A stretch of DNA of 64,000 nucleotides from Candidatus Latescibacterota bacterium (GTDB lineage: Bacteria; Latescibacterota; UBA2968; GCA-2709665). The stretch lies in contig CAXXXF010000006.1 of NCBI GenBank assembly GCA_963667175.2, positions 160,001 through 224,000 on the forward strand, read 5' to 3'. This document shows positions 55,988-64,000 of the stretch, piece after piece (positions within the stretch are counted from its first letter, which is position 1; the number at the start of each line of letters is the position of its first letter). The notes beneath the pieces were generated by a model. It was not told the origin of the DNA. It ran no database searches and saw nothing but the letters and a program-made list of their open reading frames with translations. The position numbers and the translations under genes were made by a program.

Positions 55988-58276
55988 ATGCCGGTCGCCC
56001 GGACAGCCCGACGTACGGTATCTGCGGGACCCGCCGGCGGCGCGGCCCAGTCGGATCCGATGGAGGTCTCCGTGAGGTCGCAAACGGCTGGCTCCAAAAC
56101 CCTCCCGGCCATCGAAGCCGTCGTCGAACGCGAGTCCGGTTTTCCCGATCTTCAGAACCTTCTCCGGTCAGCGATCGACGTTCGTCCGAACCAGAATCTT
56201 CGGCTGATCTCCAAAGCCTACCACTTCGCCGAACTCGCCCATCGAAACATGCGCCGAAAGTCCGGCGATCCCTCAATTTCCCACGCTGTGGCCGTGTGCC
56301 GCATCCTGGTCGAACTCGGTCTCGACTCCGCGACCGCAGCCGCCGGTCTGTTACACGACGTGGTGGACGAGACCGATGTTCCTCTCACCCAGATCGAATC
56401 TCATTTCGGGGCTGAAATTGCCGGCCTGGTTGACGGCGTGTCAAGGATAAAGGACTTTTCCTTCCAGAGCCCGGAAGCCGAACAAGCCGAGAACTTCCGC
56501 AAGATGCTGCTCTCGATGGCACGGGACCTCCGCGTGGTTCTTGTCAAGCTGGCCGACCGCCTCCACAATATGCGTACCCTGAAATATATGCGTCCGGAAA
56601 GCCAGGAGCGCATGGTCTACGAGAGTCGCGATATCTATGCGCCGCTTGCCCACCGTCTGGGCATGTCCCGTATCCGGGCGGAACTGGAAGACCTCAGCCT
56701 CAAATGGCTGGAACCGAAAGCATACCGGTATATTCAGGAAAAGATCAACCTGACCCGGGAAGAACGAGAGGCCTGCATCGAAGCCGTGCAGAAGCCACTT
56801 TCGGAGGCACTGAAGAAAGCGGGGATTCGGGCGGACATGACGGGCCGTTCCAAGAATTTCAGCAGCATATACAAGAAGATGAACGGGCGTGAAAAAACCT
56901 TCGATGAAATCTACGATCTTCTGGCGCTTCGTGTTCTCGTTGACACCATTCCCGAATGTTACAACGTCCTGGGCCTGGTGCACACCATGTATCCGCCCGT
57001 CACCGCCCGCTTCAAGGACTTTATCGCCACGCCCAAGAGCAACATGTACCAGTCGCTTCACACAACGATTATTGGTCCGTCCGGTATGATGCTCGAGGTG
57101 CAGATCCGCACCAGGAAGATGCATCAGACGGCAGAGGTCGGCATTGCAGCCCACTGGCTCTACAAGGAGGGCAAGCGCGGACCGTCCGAAATGGACCGCC
57201 ACATGGCGTGGCTGCGCAGCCTGTTGGAGTTGCAGCGGGAAACCTCGAATCCACAGGAATTCATGGACGAATTAAAGGTCGATCTCTTCCCGAATGAGAT
57301 CTACGTGTTTACCCCTAAAGGAGACCTCATCCAGCTTCCGGAAGGCGCCACGCCGCTGGACTTTGCGTTTGCAGTACACACCGACGTCGGCCTGCGTTGT
57401 ATCGGCGGCCGGGTGGACGATCAGATGGTATCCCTGTCCACACCGCTGCGAACGGGCAGTACCGTCGAGGTAATCACCTCTCCCCACCAGAGACCCAACC
57501 GCGACTGGCTCGATTTCGTGAAGAGCGCCAGGGCGCGGAGCCGTATCAGACGCTGGTTACGCGAGGAAGAGTTCTCTCAGAGTGTCCGGATCGGCAAGGA
57601 CATCCTGGATCGCGAACTCAAGAGACGGAGAAAACGTACGGCCGAGGAAAAACTGCAGGCCGCAGCCGCTCACTTCGGCCTGCAGGACGTAGAGCATCTC
57701 TTCGCCAGCCTGGGCAACGGCACGCTGTCCCTGGAACGGGTTATGCATCAGATCTTTCCATCAGCCCGCCCGTTTCCCAGACGACAGCGACCGGAAATCA
57801 AGAGAAAGAGCCGCAAGAACCCGATTGTGATCCACAGCCTGAACCACCTGATGATCCAGTTCGCACGCTGCTGCCAGCCCATATACGGCGATTCCGTGTT
57901 GGGCGTAATCACACGGGGAAAAGGAATATCCGTTCACCGGAGGGACTGTCGTAACATTTCAAACCTGCCGGAAGGCCGCGATCGCCTGGTCGACGTCGAC
58001 TGGAATTCGGAAGAGGATACGGCCTTCACCGTACAGATTCGCGTTAACGGCGAGGATCGCCCCAATTTCCTTCGCGACATCAGCGAGGCCATTTCGGGGC
58101 AGGGTGTGCCCGTGGTCGAGGGAAAGCTGAACACCGCCAGCGGCCAGGTCGGCAACCGATTCACAGTTAAGGTCAGAAACGTCAACCAGCTCCACGATCT
58201 GCGAAAGAAAATCCTATCCGTGCCGGGCGTCTCGTCGGTTCGGCGCATAAACGCAAGTTACGACGACGTTTTGTAA
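55988..58276 (+). CDS. rel: Long RelA/SpoT homolog, (p)ppGpp synthetase/hydrolase
   Basis: HD domain (LHD, KLADRLHNMRTL), synthetase (RFKD, YQSLHT, EVQIRT), TGS, CC.P..GD and ACT; start may be 56060. Confidence 0.96.
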   Translation: MPVARTARRTVSAGPAGGAAQSDPMEVSVRSQTAGSKTLPAIEAVVERESGFPDLQNLLRSAIDVRPNQNLRLISKAYHFAELAHRNMRRKSGDPSISHAVAVCRILVELGLDSATAAAGLLHDVVDETDVPLTQIESHFGAEIAGLVDGVSRIKDFSFQSPEAEQAENFRKMLLSMARDLRVVLVKLADRLHNMRTLKYMRPESQERMVYESRDIYAPLAHRLGMSRIRAELEDLSLKWLEPKAYRYIQEKINLTREEREACIEAVQKPLSEALKKAGIRADMTGRSKNFSSIYKKMNGREKTFDEIYDLLALRVLVDTIPECYNVLGLVHTMYPPVTARFKDFIATPKSNMYQSLHTTIIGPSGMMLEVQIRTRKMHQTAEVGIAAHWLYKEGKRGPSEMDRHMAWLRSLLELQRETSNPQEFMDELKVDLFPNEIYVFTPKGDLIQLPEGATPLDFAFAVHTDVGLRCIGGRVDDQMVSLSTPLRTGSTVEVITSPHQRPNRDWLDFVKSARARSRIRRWLREEEFSQSVRIGKDILDRELKRRRKRTAEEKLQAAAAHFGLQDVEHLFASLGNGTLSLERVMHQIFPSARPFPRRQRPEIKRKSRKNPIVIHSLNHLMIQFARCCQPIYGDSVLGVITRGKGISVHRRDCRNISNLPEGRDRLVDVDWNSEEDTAFTVQIRVNGEDRPNFLRDISEAISGQGVPVVEGKLNTASGQVGNRFTVKVRNVNQLHDLRKKILSVPGVSSVRRINASYDDVL

Positions 58277-58352
58277 ACGCCAGGGCAACAGGTGTCGTCA
58301 ATTCGTGCGTCTCTCGAGCGCCCTTATCCGGAAATCTCTCACCATTATCCCG

Positions 58353-58415
58353 CCTGCCTGCGCAGCGTACTGCCTGCCTGTGCGTGTACGCACGCAGACA
58401 GGCGCTGCAGGCAGG
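58353..58415. repeat. Nested CCTG..CAGG palindromes between rel and mutS
   Basis: 30-bp palindrome 58373-58402 inside an outer CCTGCCTGC...GCAGGCAGG palindrome. Confidence 0.85.
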
Positions 58416-58502
58416 CCGATTCATCCCGTCTCGCCACGGGGTGGTCTTCTCGCCTCTACTGTTTCACGTCTTTCCGCCTTTTGAAAAAACGCACGCTTGC
58501 CG

Positions 58503-61142
58503 TCAGGAATTTTTCCTGCCTACCAGTTCCTGCTTCCACCGGTCCAGAGTAGCCAGAGCCTCGATCGGTGTGGTATTGCCTACGTCCAGATTGCGTAATT
58601 CGGCGAGGACGGGATCTTCAGGGGCACGGTCGAACAGATTCATCTGTCCGTTCTCGGCGGCGGATTCACGAACCACCGATGGGGTCGTTTTTTTCCTGGC
58701 CGGCCTCAGGTCGTTTTCTTCCAGCCTGTGCAGCACGTCTCGGGCCCGCAAGACCAGTTCGTGCGGCATTCCGGCAAGCCGCGCCACCTCGATGCCGTAG
58801 CTGTGGTCACACCCGCCGGGAACCAGCCGGTGCAGAAACGTCACGTTGTCGCCTTCCTTCCTCACCGCGACGCTGTAGTTCTTTACCCTCGGCAGTAACT
58901 CCTCGAGTTCCGTCAATTCATGGTAGTGCGTTGCGAACAACGTGCGCGGTTGCAGGGCAGCGGTATTGTGTAGATATTCCGTCATTGCCCAGGCGATGCT
59001 CAGCCCGTCAAATGTACTGGTACCGCGCCCGATTTCATCCAGAAGCACCAGGCTCCTGGGGGTGGCGTTGTTCAGGATGTTGGCCGCTTCGTTCATCTCC
59101 ACAAGAAACGTGGATTCGCCCCGGGCAAGATTGTCAGACGCGCCTACCCGTGTGAAAATTCGGTCAACCACACCGACGCGCGCGGCCTTCGCGGGAACGA
59201 AACTGCCCAGTTGCGACAGCAGAACGATCAGCCCGATCTGACGCAACATCGTGGATTTCCCGGCCATATTGGGGCCGGTAATAATCAGCACCTGGTCGCG
59301 CATGCCATCCACGCAAAAGTCGTTGGGTACAAACTTGCCGGTAGGCAGCAACCCTTCAACAACCGGATGGCGACCCTCCCGAATTTCGATTCCGGCAGAA
59401 TCGTCCACCTTGGGCCGGACGTAGTCGTTGGACACGGCCACTTCTCCCAGGCTGGCCAGCACGTCTACGACGGCCACGGCTCGCGCCGTGCGCTGTACCT
59501 CGTTCACCCAGGCCTCCACCTCGCCTCTGAGTTGCTGAAACAGCGCTTTCTCCAGTTCCTTCGCGCGTTCGTCGGCCCCAAGAATCTTCGCTTCCCACTC
59601 TTTCAGCTCCGGAGTAATAAAGCGCTCCGCGTTCACCAGGGTCTGCTTGCGCAGGTAGTCTTCCGGAGCCCTGTCCATATTCGCCTTTGTGATCTCGATA
59701 TAATACCCGAACGCCTTGTTATACCCGACCTTGAGTGACGGAATACCGGTACGCTCTCTCTCATTGGCCTGAAGTTCAGCCACCCACCGGCGGCCTCCGG
59801 AGGCCGCGTCGCGAAGTTCATCCAGTTCCCGGCTGTAACCCTCCCTGATCACGCCCCCATCGCTGATCTGAAACGGCGGATCGTCAACCACCGTGCGGCC
59901 GATCAGGTCGATCAGGTCGCTCAAGTCAGGCATTCCCTGACACCGCGCCTTTACCAGCAGATCGACCGTGGCCTCCTGCAGCGCGTCTTGAAGGCCGGGT
60001 ATGGCCTGCAGCGACGCCCTGAGCGACACGAGATCCCTCGGACTGCAGCGTCCACAGCAGATCCGGGACATCATGCGCTCGAGATCTCCCACCTGCTTCA
60101 GGCCTGAACGAAGCGACTCCCGACGCGCAGCATGCGCTGCCAGGTCTTCAACGGCGTCCAGTCTCGCTTCAATCCTCGAAATATCGAGCAGCGGCCGGGA
60201 CAGCCAGGACCTCAGCGTCCGTGCGCCCATCGCGGTGCACGTGCGGTCCAGCAGGGACAGCAGAGTCCCTTCGCGCCGACCCTCCTGTATTGACGTAATC
60301 AGCTCCAGGTTCCGTTGGGTCACGAGGTCAAGACCCATGTGTGCCCCGTCAGGCTCCCGGGAGAGGCGGGTGACGTGAGAGACCGCCCCCCTCTGATTCT
60401 GTTTGAGATACCCCAACACCGCGCCCGCCGCGCCGATGCCCACCGTCATCTGGTCGCAACCGAATCCCTTCATCGAATTGACCCGGAAATGTTCCAGCAA
60501 CAGATCGTGCGCATAGGCGAATCCGAAGTGCCAGTCTTCGGCTCGCACGAGCAGCGTGCCCGGCAATCGATGCGCCATCGCGGCCTCGTTCGCTTCGGCC
60601 CACGACTCGGGCGCGAGCACTTCCGCGGGACTGATTCCCTCAAGCACATCCCACAAATCGTCCGCGTCCCGTTCGAGCGCGCGGAAATCACCGGTTGACA
60701 GATCCGTCACCGCGACGCCCAGCCGGTTCGACTCGACCCGGAGACCCGCGAGATAGTTGTTGCGTTTCTGATCCAGCAGGTTGTCCGAAAGCGCCGTGCC
60801 GGGAGAAACCACCTGGACGACGTCGCGCCGAACGACCGGCTTGCCCTTCTGCGGCGCCTCCATCTGTTCGCAGATGGCCACTTTGCGACCCGCCTTGATC
60901 AAGCGGGCAAGGTAGGTATCCAGCGCATGATGAGGCACACCGGCCATCGGCACGCTTTCGCCACCCCTGCCGTTGTTGCGAGAAGTCAGCGTCAGGCCGA
61001 GAAGGCCGGAGACCTCTTTCGCATCGTCGTAAAACGTCTCATAGAAGTCACCCATTCTGAACAGCAGTACGGCATCTCTGTATTCGTCCTTGAAACGCAG
61101 GTACTGTTCCATTGCCGGGGTGACGTCTCGTGGGCGTGCCAT
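58503..61142 (-). CDS. mutS: DNA mismatch repair protein MutS
   Basis: FRMGDFYE, TGPNMAGKST, STFLVEM, DEIGRGTST, FATHYHEL. Confidence 0.99.
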   Translation of the reverse strand: MARPRDVTPAMEQYLRFKDEYRDAVLLFRMGDFYETFYDDAKEVSGLLGLTLTSRNNGRGGESVPMAGVPHHALDTYLARLIKAGRKVAICEQMEAPQKGKPVVRRDVVQVVSPGTALSDNLLDQKRNNYLAGLRVESNRLGVAVTDLSTGDFRALERDADDLWDVLEGISPAEVLAPESWAEANEAAMAHRLPGTLLVRAEDWHFGFAYAHDLLLEHFRVNSMKGFGCDQMTVGIGAAGAVLGYLKQNQRGAVSHVTRLSREPDGAHMGLDLVTQRNLELITSIQEGRREGTLLSLLDRTCTAMGARTLRSWLSRPLLDISRIEARLDAVEDLAAHAARRESLRSGLKQVGDLERMMSRICCGRCSPRDLVSLRASLQAIPGLQDALQEATVDLLVKARCQGMPDLSDLIDLIGRTVVDDPPFQISDGGVIREGYSRELDELRDAASGGRRWVAELQANERERTGIPSLKVGYNKAFGYYIEITKANMDRAPEDYLRKQTLVNAERFITPELKEWEAKILGADERAKELEKALFQQLRGEVEAWVNEVQRTARAVAVVDVLASLGEVAVSNDYVRPKVDDSAGIEIREGRHPVVEGLLPTGKFVPNDFCVDGMRDQVLIITGPNMAGKSTMLRQIGLIVLLSQLGSFVPAKAARVGVVDRIFTRVGASDNLARGESTFLVEMNEAANILNNATPRSLVLLDEIGRGTSTFDGLSIAWAMTEYLHNTAALQPRTLFATHYHELTELEELLPRVKNYSVAVRKEGDNVTFLHRLVPGGCDHSYGIEVARLAGMPHELVLRARDVLHRLEENDLRPARKKTTPSVVRESAAENGQMNLFDRAPEDPVLAELRNLDVGNTTPIEALATLDRWKQELVGRKNS

Positions 61143-61154
61143 AAAGACGCTTCC

Positions 61155-62498
61155 TTAAGCCTGGGCTTCGTGCCGCCGGTCTTCCAGGCTGACATCCGCC
61201 AGACGGCCGATAACGCGGTCCGGACGCACGTCGGTCAGCCGCACGGGCGCGATGGAATTCTTCGCGCCATCGGGCCCCGGAGCGAATACACGGATGTAAT
61301 TGTCGGTAACGCCCTGCAGATACCCTGTGCCCGGCTCGCGCCTGTCTTCGAAGAGCACGTGCAGCGTCCGCCCCGAAAAACGACGGCAGAAGGCTTCTGT
61401 CTTCCGTGCGCCCAGCGTCCTGAGCAGCGCGCCCCGGCGCTTCTTCACGGCAGCGTCCACCTCGCCACTCATTCGCGCGGCAGAGGTGCCGCTGCGCGGC
61501 GAAAAGGGAAACACGTGCAGGAACGCCAGGGGGCCCTTGTCGATCAGGTCGAACGTGTTGGAGAACGCCTCATCGGTCTCGCCCGGAAATCCGACCATCA
61601 CGTCCGCACCGATGCCAATATCCGGCACGCTCTCCGCAAGTGTCTCGATCAACGAGAGATAACGCGACCGCGTATAGGGCCTGCGCATCGATCTCAGAAT
61701 CCGGTCGTCTCCACTCTGGAGCGGAATATGCAGGTGTCTGCAGAACCTGGACGAGGCTGAAAAGAAATCGACCATCGATTCGGTAATGTACGACGCTTCG
61801 ATCGAGCTCACCCTGAACCGCTGGAGTCCCTCGATCTGGTCGATGGCTTCAAACAGATCCAACAGTGAGGGACCGTCCAGGTCCGCGCCGTAGTCGCCAA
61901 TGTGTACGCCTGCGAGTACGACCTCCAGGTAACCGGCATCAACCAGCCGTTGCACCTGATCGAGGCAGCTCTGCAGACTGCGGCTTCGGCTACGGCCCCT
62001 GGCAAACGGTATAATGCAGAACGAGCAGAATTCGTTGCAGCCTTCCTGCACCTTCACGAACGCGCGCGCCCTGCCGCCGAAATTGAATATATCCATTTCC
62101 TGGAACTCGGCGGTTCGGCGCCGCGTCACGTAGCTTCGTCCGATGGAGCACGTATCGTTGATCAGGTCCAGCAGACGTGTCTTTTCCGCAGTACCCACGA
62201 CGAGATCGACTTCCGGCATTTCGATAAGCGCGTCGGGATCGGTCTGCGCATAACACCCCATGGCCACGACCGTCCCTTCGGGCGAGATGCGATGCGCCCG
62301 GCGCAGCATCTGCCTGGACTGCGCAGAGCCCGGACCGGTCACCGCGCATGTATTCACCACCGTCACGTCCGCCGAACGCCCAAACGCCACCTCTCGGTAC
62401 CCTGCGTGATTGAACTGCTCACGGTACCATTCCGTATCGTAGGCATTCAACTTGCAGCCCAGGGTATAAAACGATACGGTCTTTTCGCTTGCGTTCAT
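61155..62498 (-). CDS. mtaB: tRNA t6A37 methylthiotransferase
   Basis: TLGCKLN, NTCAVT, KVQEGCNEFCSFC, HVFPFS.R.GT, G.TDNY. Confidence 0.93.
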   Translation of the reverse strand: MNASEKTVSFYTLGCKLNAYDTEWYREQFNHAGYREVAFGRSADVTVVNTCAVTGPGSAQSRQMLRRAHRISPEGTVVAMGCYAQTDPDALIEMPEVDLVVGTAEKTRLLDLINDTCSIGRSYVTRRRTAEFQEMDIFNFGGRARAFVKVQEGCNEFCSFCIIPFARGRSRSRSLQSCLDQVQRLVDAGYLEVVLAGVHIGDYGADLDGPSLLDLFEAIDQIEGLQRFRVSSIEASYITESMVDFFSASSRFCRHLHIPLQSGDDRILRSMRRPYTRSRYLSLIETLAESVPDIGIGADVMVGFPGETDEAFSNTFDLIDKGPLAFLHVFPFSPRSGTSAARMSGEVDAAVKKRRGALLRTLGARKTEAFCRRFSGRTLHVLFEDRREPGTGYLQGVTDNYIRVFAPGPDGAKNSIAPVRLTDVRPDRVIGRLADVSLEDRRHEAQA

Positions 62499-62661
62499 CT
62501 CACCCGTTCCTCGCATTCGCCGCGCGGCTTCGGCCGGCCTGTCGCGACGCGCTCACCGGCCGTGTACGGCGAACGCCGGAGTACCGTTCTCGTCCATACA
62601 ACAAAGAGTTGAGGACAACTCCCCAACTCTCTGTCTGCGGCGTACAGGCTGTCCCGGAATC

Positions 62662-64000
62662 CTAACCTTCCGAATTCGACCCGGCCTCCGTCTTGTCCGT
62701 CGTATCGGAAGCCTTCGCGGCCGGCGGGTCGCCTTCGCCGGAATCCTCATTGGCAGACCCGACTTCCGCCCCATCGGCGGTTGCTTCCGCAGCCGCTTCG
62801 GCGGGGGCCTCAGCGGCGGCTTCGGGTTTCGCAACCGGAGCGGCGTCTTTGGAATCATCGGCGGCGCCTACCACGTCACCCACCGTGACCGGCTTTGGCT
62901 GGTGGCTTTCTATATATGCGTCGATCTCCGCCTGTTCGGCGTCGCGCAGGTATTCCTTCACGCTAAGCACGATCTTGCGCTGCTCTTCATCGAATTCAAC
63001 CACCTTGAGCGGCAGTTCGTCCTGTTCTGAAAAGTGGGTCTGGGGCGTCTGCAGATCCGACAACCCCAACTGCGAAGCCGGGATGAAGCCCTCGACGTCG
63101 CCGTCCAGGTCGACCACTACCCCGCGTTCCAGCAACCGGGATATCCGACCTGCTGTCGTTTTGCCTACCGCGTATCGAACGGCCAGTTCAGACCAGGGAT
63201 TATCGATGGTCTGCTTGTGACCCAGTGAAATGCGTCGACGCTTTTTATCTATATTGAGCACCACCACGTCGACGTGCTCTCCTTTCTTGACGACGTCGCT
63301 GGGATGCCGTACCCGCCGTGTCCACGACATATCCGAAATATGGACCAGGCCGTCGATGCCCTCTTCGATCTCGACAAACGCGCCGAAATTGACCAGGTTG
63401 CGCACCAGGCCCGTAAGGCGTGTTCCCACGGGGTATTTTTCGTCCAGCGAAAGCCAGGGGTCGTCGGTTGTCTGCTTCAGGCCGAGCGAAATCTTCTGGC
63501 CCTCTTTGTCCACGTTCAGAATGACAACCTTCACCTGATCGCCAATTGAAACGAGCTTGGACGGATGCCGGATATGCTGCGTCCAGGACATCTCCGAAAT
63601 GTGGACCAGCCCCTCCACGCCCTGCTCCAATTCAACAAACGCGCCGTAGTCCGTGATGCTCACCACTTTGCCGTCCACCCGGTCCCCCACGGGATACTTT
63701 TCCTCGATATTTTCCCAGGGATGAGGGGTAAGTTGCTTCATTCCCAGAGAGATCCGTTCGCGCTCCTCGTCGTAATTGAGCACTTTCACCCGTACATTGT
63801 CGCCGATGGACAAGACCTCCGACGGGTGTCCGATCCGGCCCCAGGAAATGTCCGTAATGTGCAGGAGACCGTCCAGACCACCCAGGTCGATAAACGCGCC
63901 GAAATCCGTAATGTTCTTAACCGCGCCGTCACGCACCTGGCCGACTTCCAGTGTCTGGAGAATCTGTTTGCGCAAGCGCTCCCGTTCGGCTTCCAGCACG
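62662..64000 (-). CDS. rpsA: 30S ribosomal protein S1 (3' part; 5' end lies outside the window)
   Basis: Tandem S1 domains (VKNITDFGAFIDLGG.DGLLHITD, GLVHISEMSW). Confidence 0.98.
   Translation of the reverse strand, partial: VLEAERERLRKQILQTLEVGQVRDGAVKNITDFGAFIDLGGLDGLLHITDISWGRIGHPSEVLSIGDNVRVKVLNYDEERERISLGMKQLTPHPWENIEEKYPVGDRVDGKVVSITDYGAFVELEQGVEGLVHISEMSWTQHIRHPSKLVSIGDQVKVVILNVDKEGQKISLGLKQTTDDPWLSLDEKYPVGTRLTGLVRNLVNFGAFVEIEEGIDGLVHISDMSWTRRVRHPSDVVKKGEHVDVVVLNIDKKRRRISLGHKQTIDNPWSELAVRYAVGKTTAGRISRLLERGVVVDLDGDVEGFIPASQLGLSDLQTPQTHFSEQDELPLKVVEFDEEQRKIVLSVKEYLRDAEQAEIDAYIESHQPKPVTVGDVVGAADDSKDAAPVAKPEAAAEAPAEAAAEATADGAEVGSANEDSGEGDPPAAKASDTTDKTEAGSNSEG

Overview
Bacterial chromosomal window with a GC-rich backbone. 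A DFNGDG..DF dockerin/EF-hand-like tail and an AAA-ATPase/PD-(D/E)XK gene hint at a Latescibacterota-like, possibly host-associated organism (inference only). Housekeeping and metabolic genes occupy about 1-20.3 kb (amidase, glycosyltransferases, ferritin, a sigma-70 factor, gcvPA/PB) and about 45.4-64 kb (IorA-like, lepB, rel, mutS, mtaB, partial rpsA). Between them lies a roughly 25 kb accessory/defence region with three parts: (i) a tightly coupled six-gene operon, Upf1/DNA2-type SF1 helicase + two uncharacterised proteins + a TerY-P-type triad (vWA, PP2C phosphatase, Ser/Thr kinase); (ii) a stretch of decayed GNAT copies, an AAA/PD-(D/E)XK gene, an orphan HigA and a NucS-like/EVE-like nuclease; (iii) an AT-richer restriction-modification-like island with a GHKL/MORC ATPase, a methyltransferase-fold protein, two amino-methyltransferases, a PD-(D/E)XK endonuclease and a ribbon-helix-helix regulator. 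The best candidates for an undescribed system are (i) and (iii). Non-coding highlights are a MITE family with CTAA/TTAG target duplications, short CCTG..CAGG palindromes inserted at GC sites (filled and empty sites both visible), and a structured ~470 nt leader upstream of the sigma factor. All calls come from reading motifs by eye; no database searches were run.
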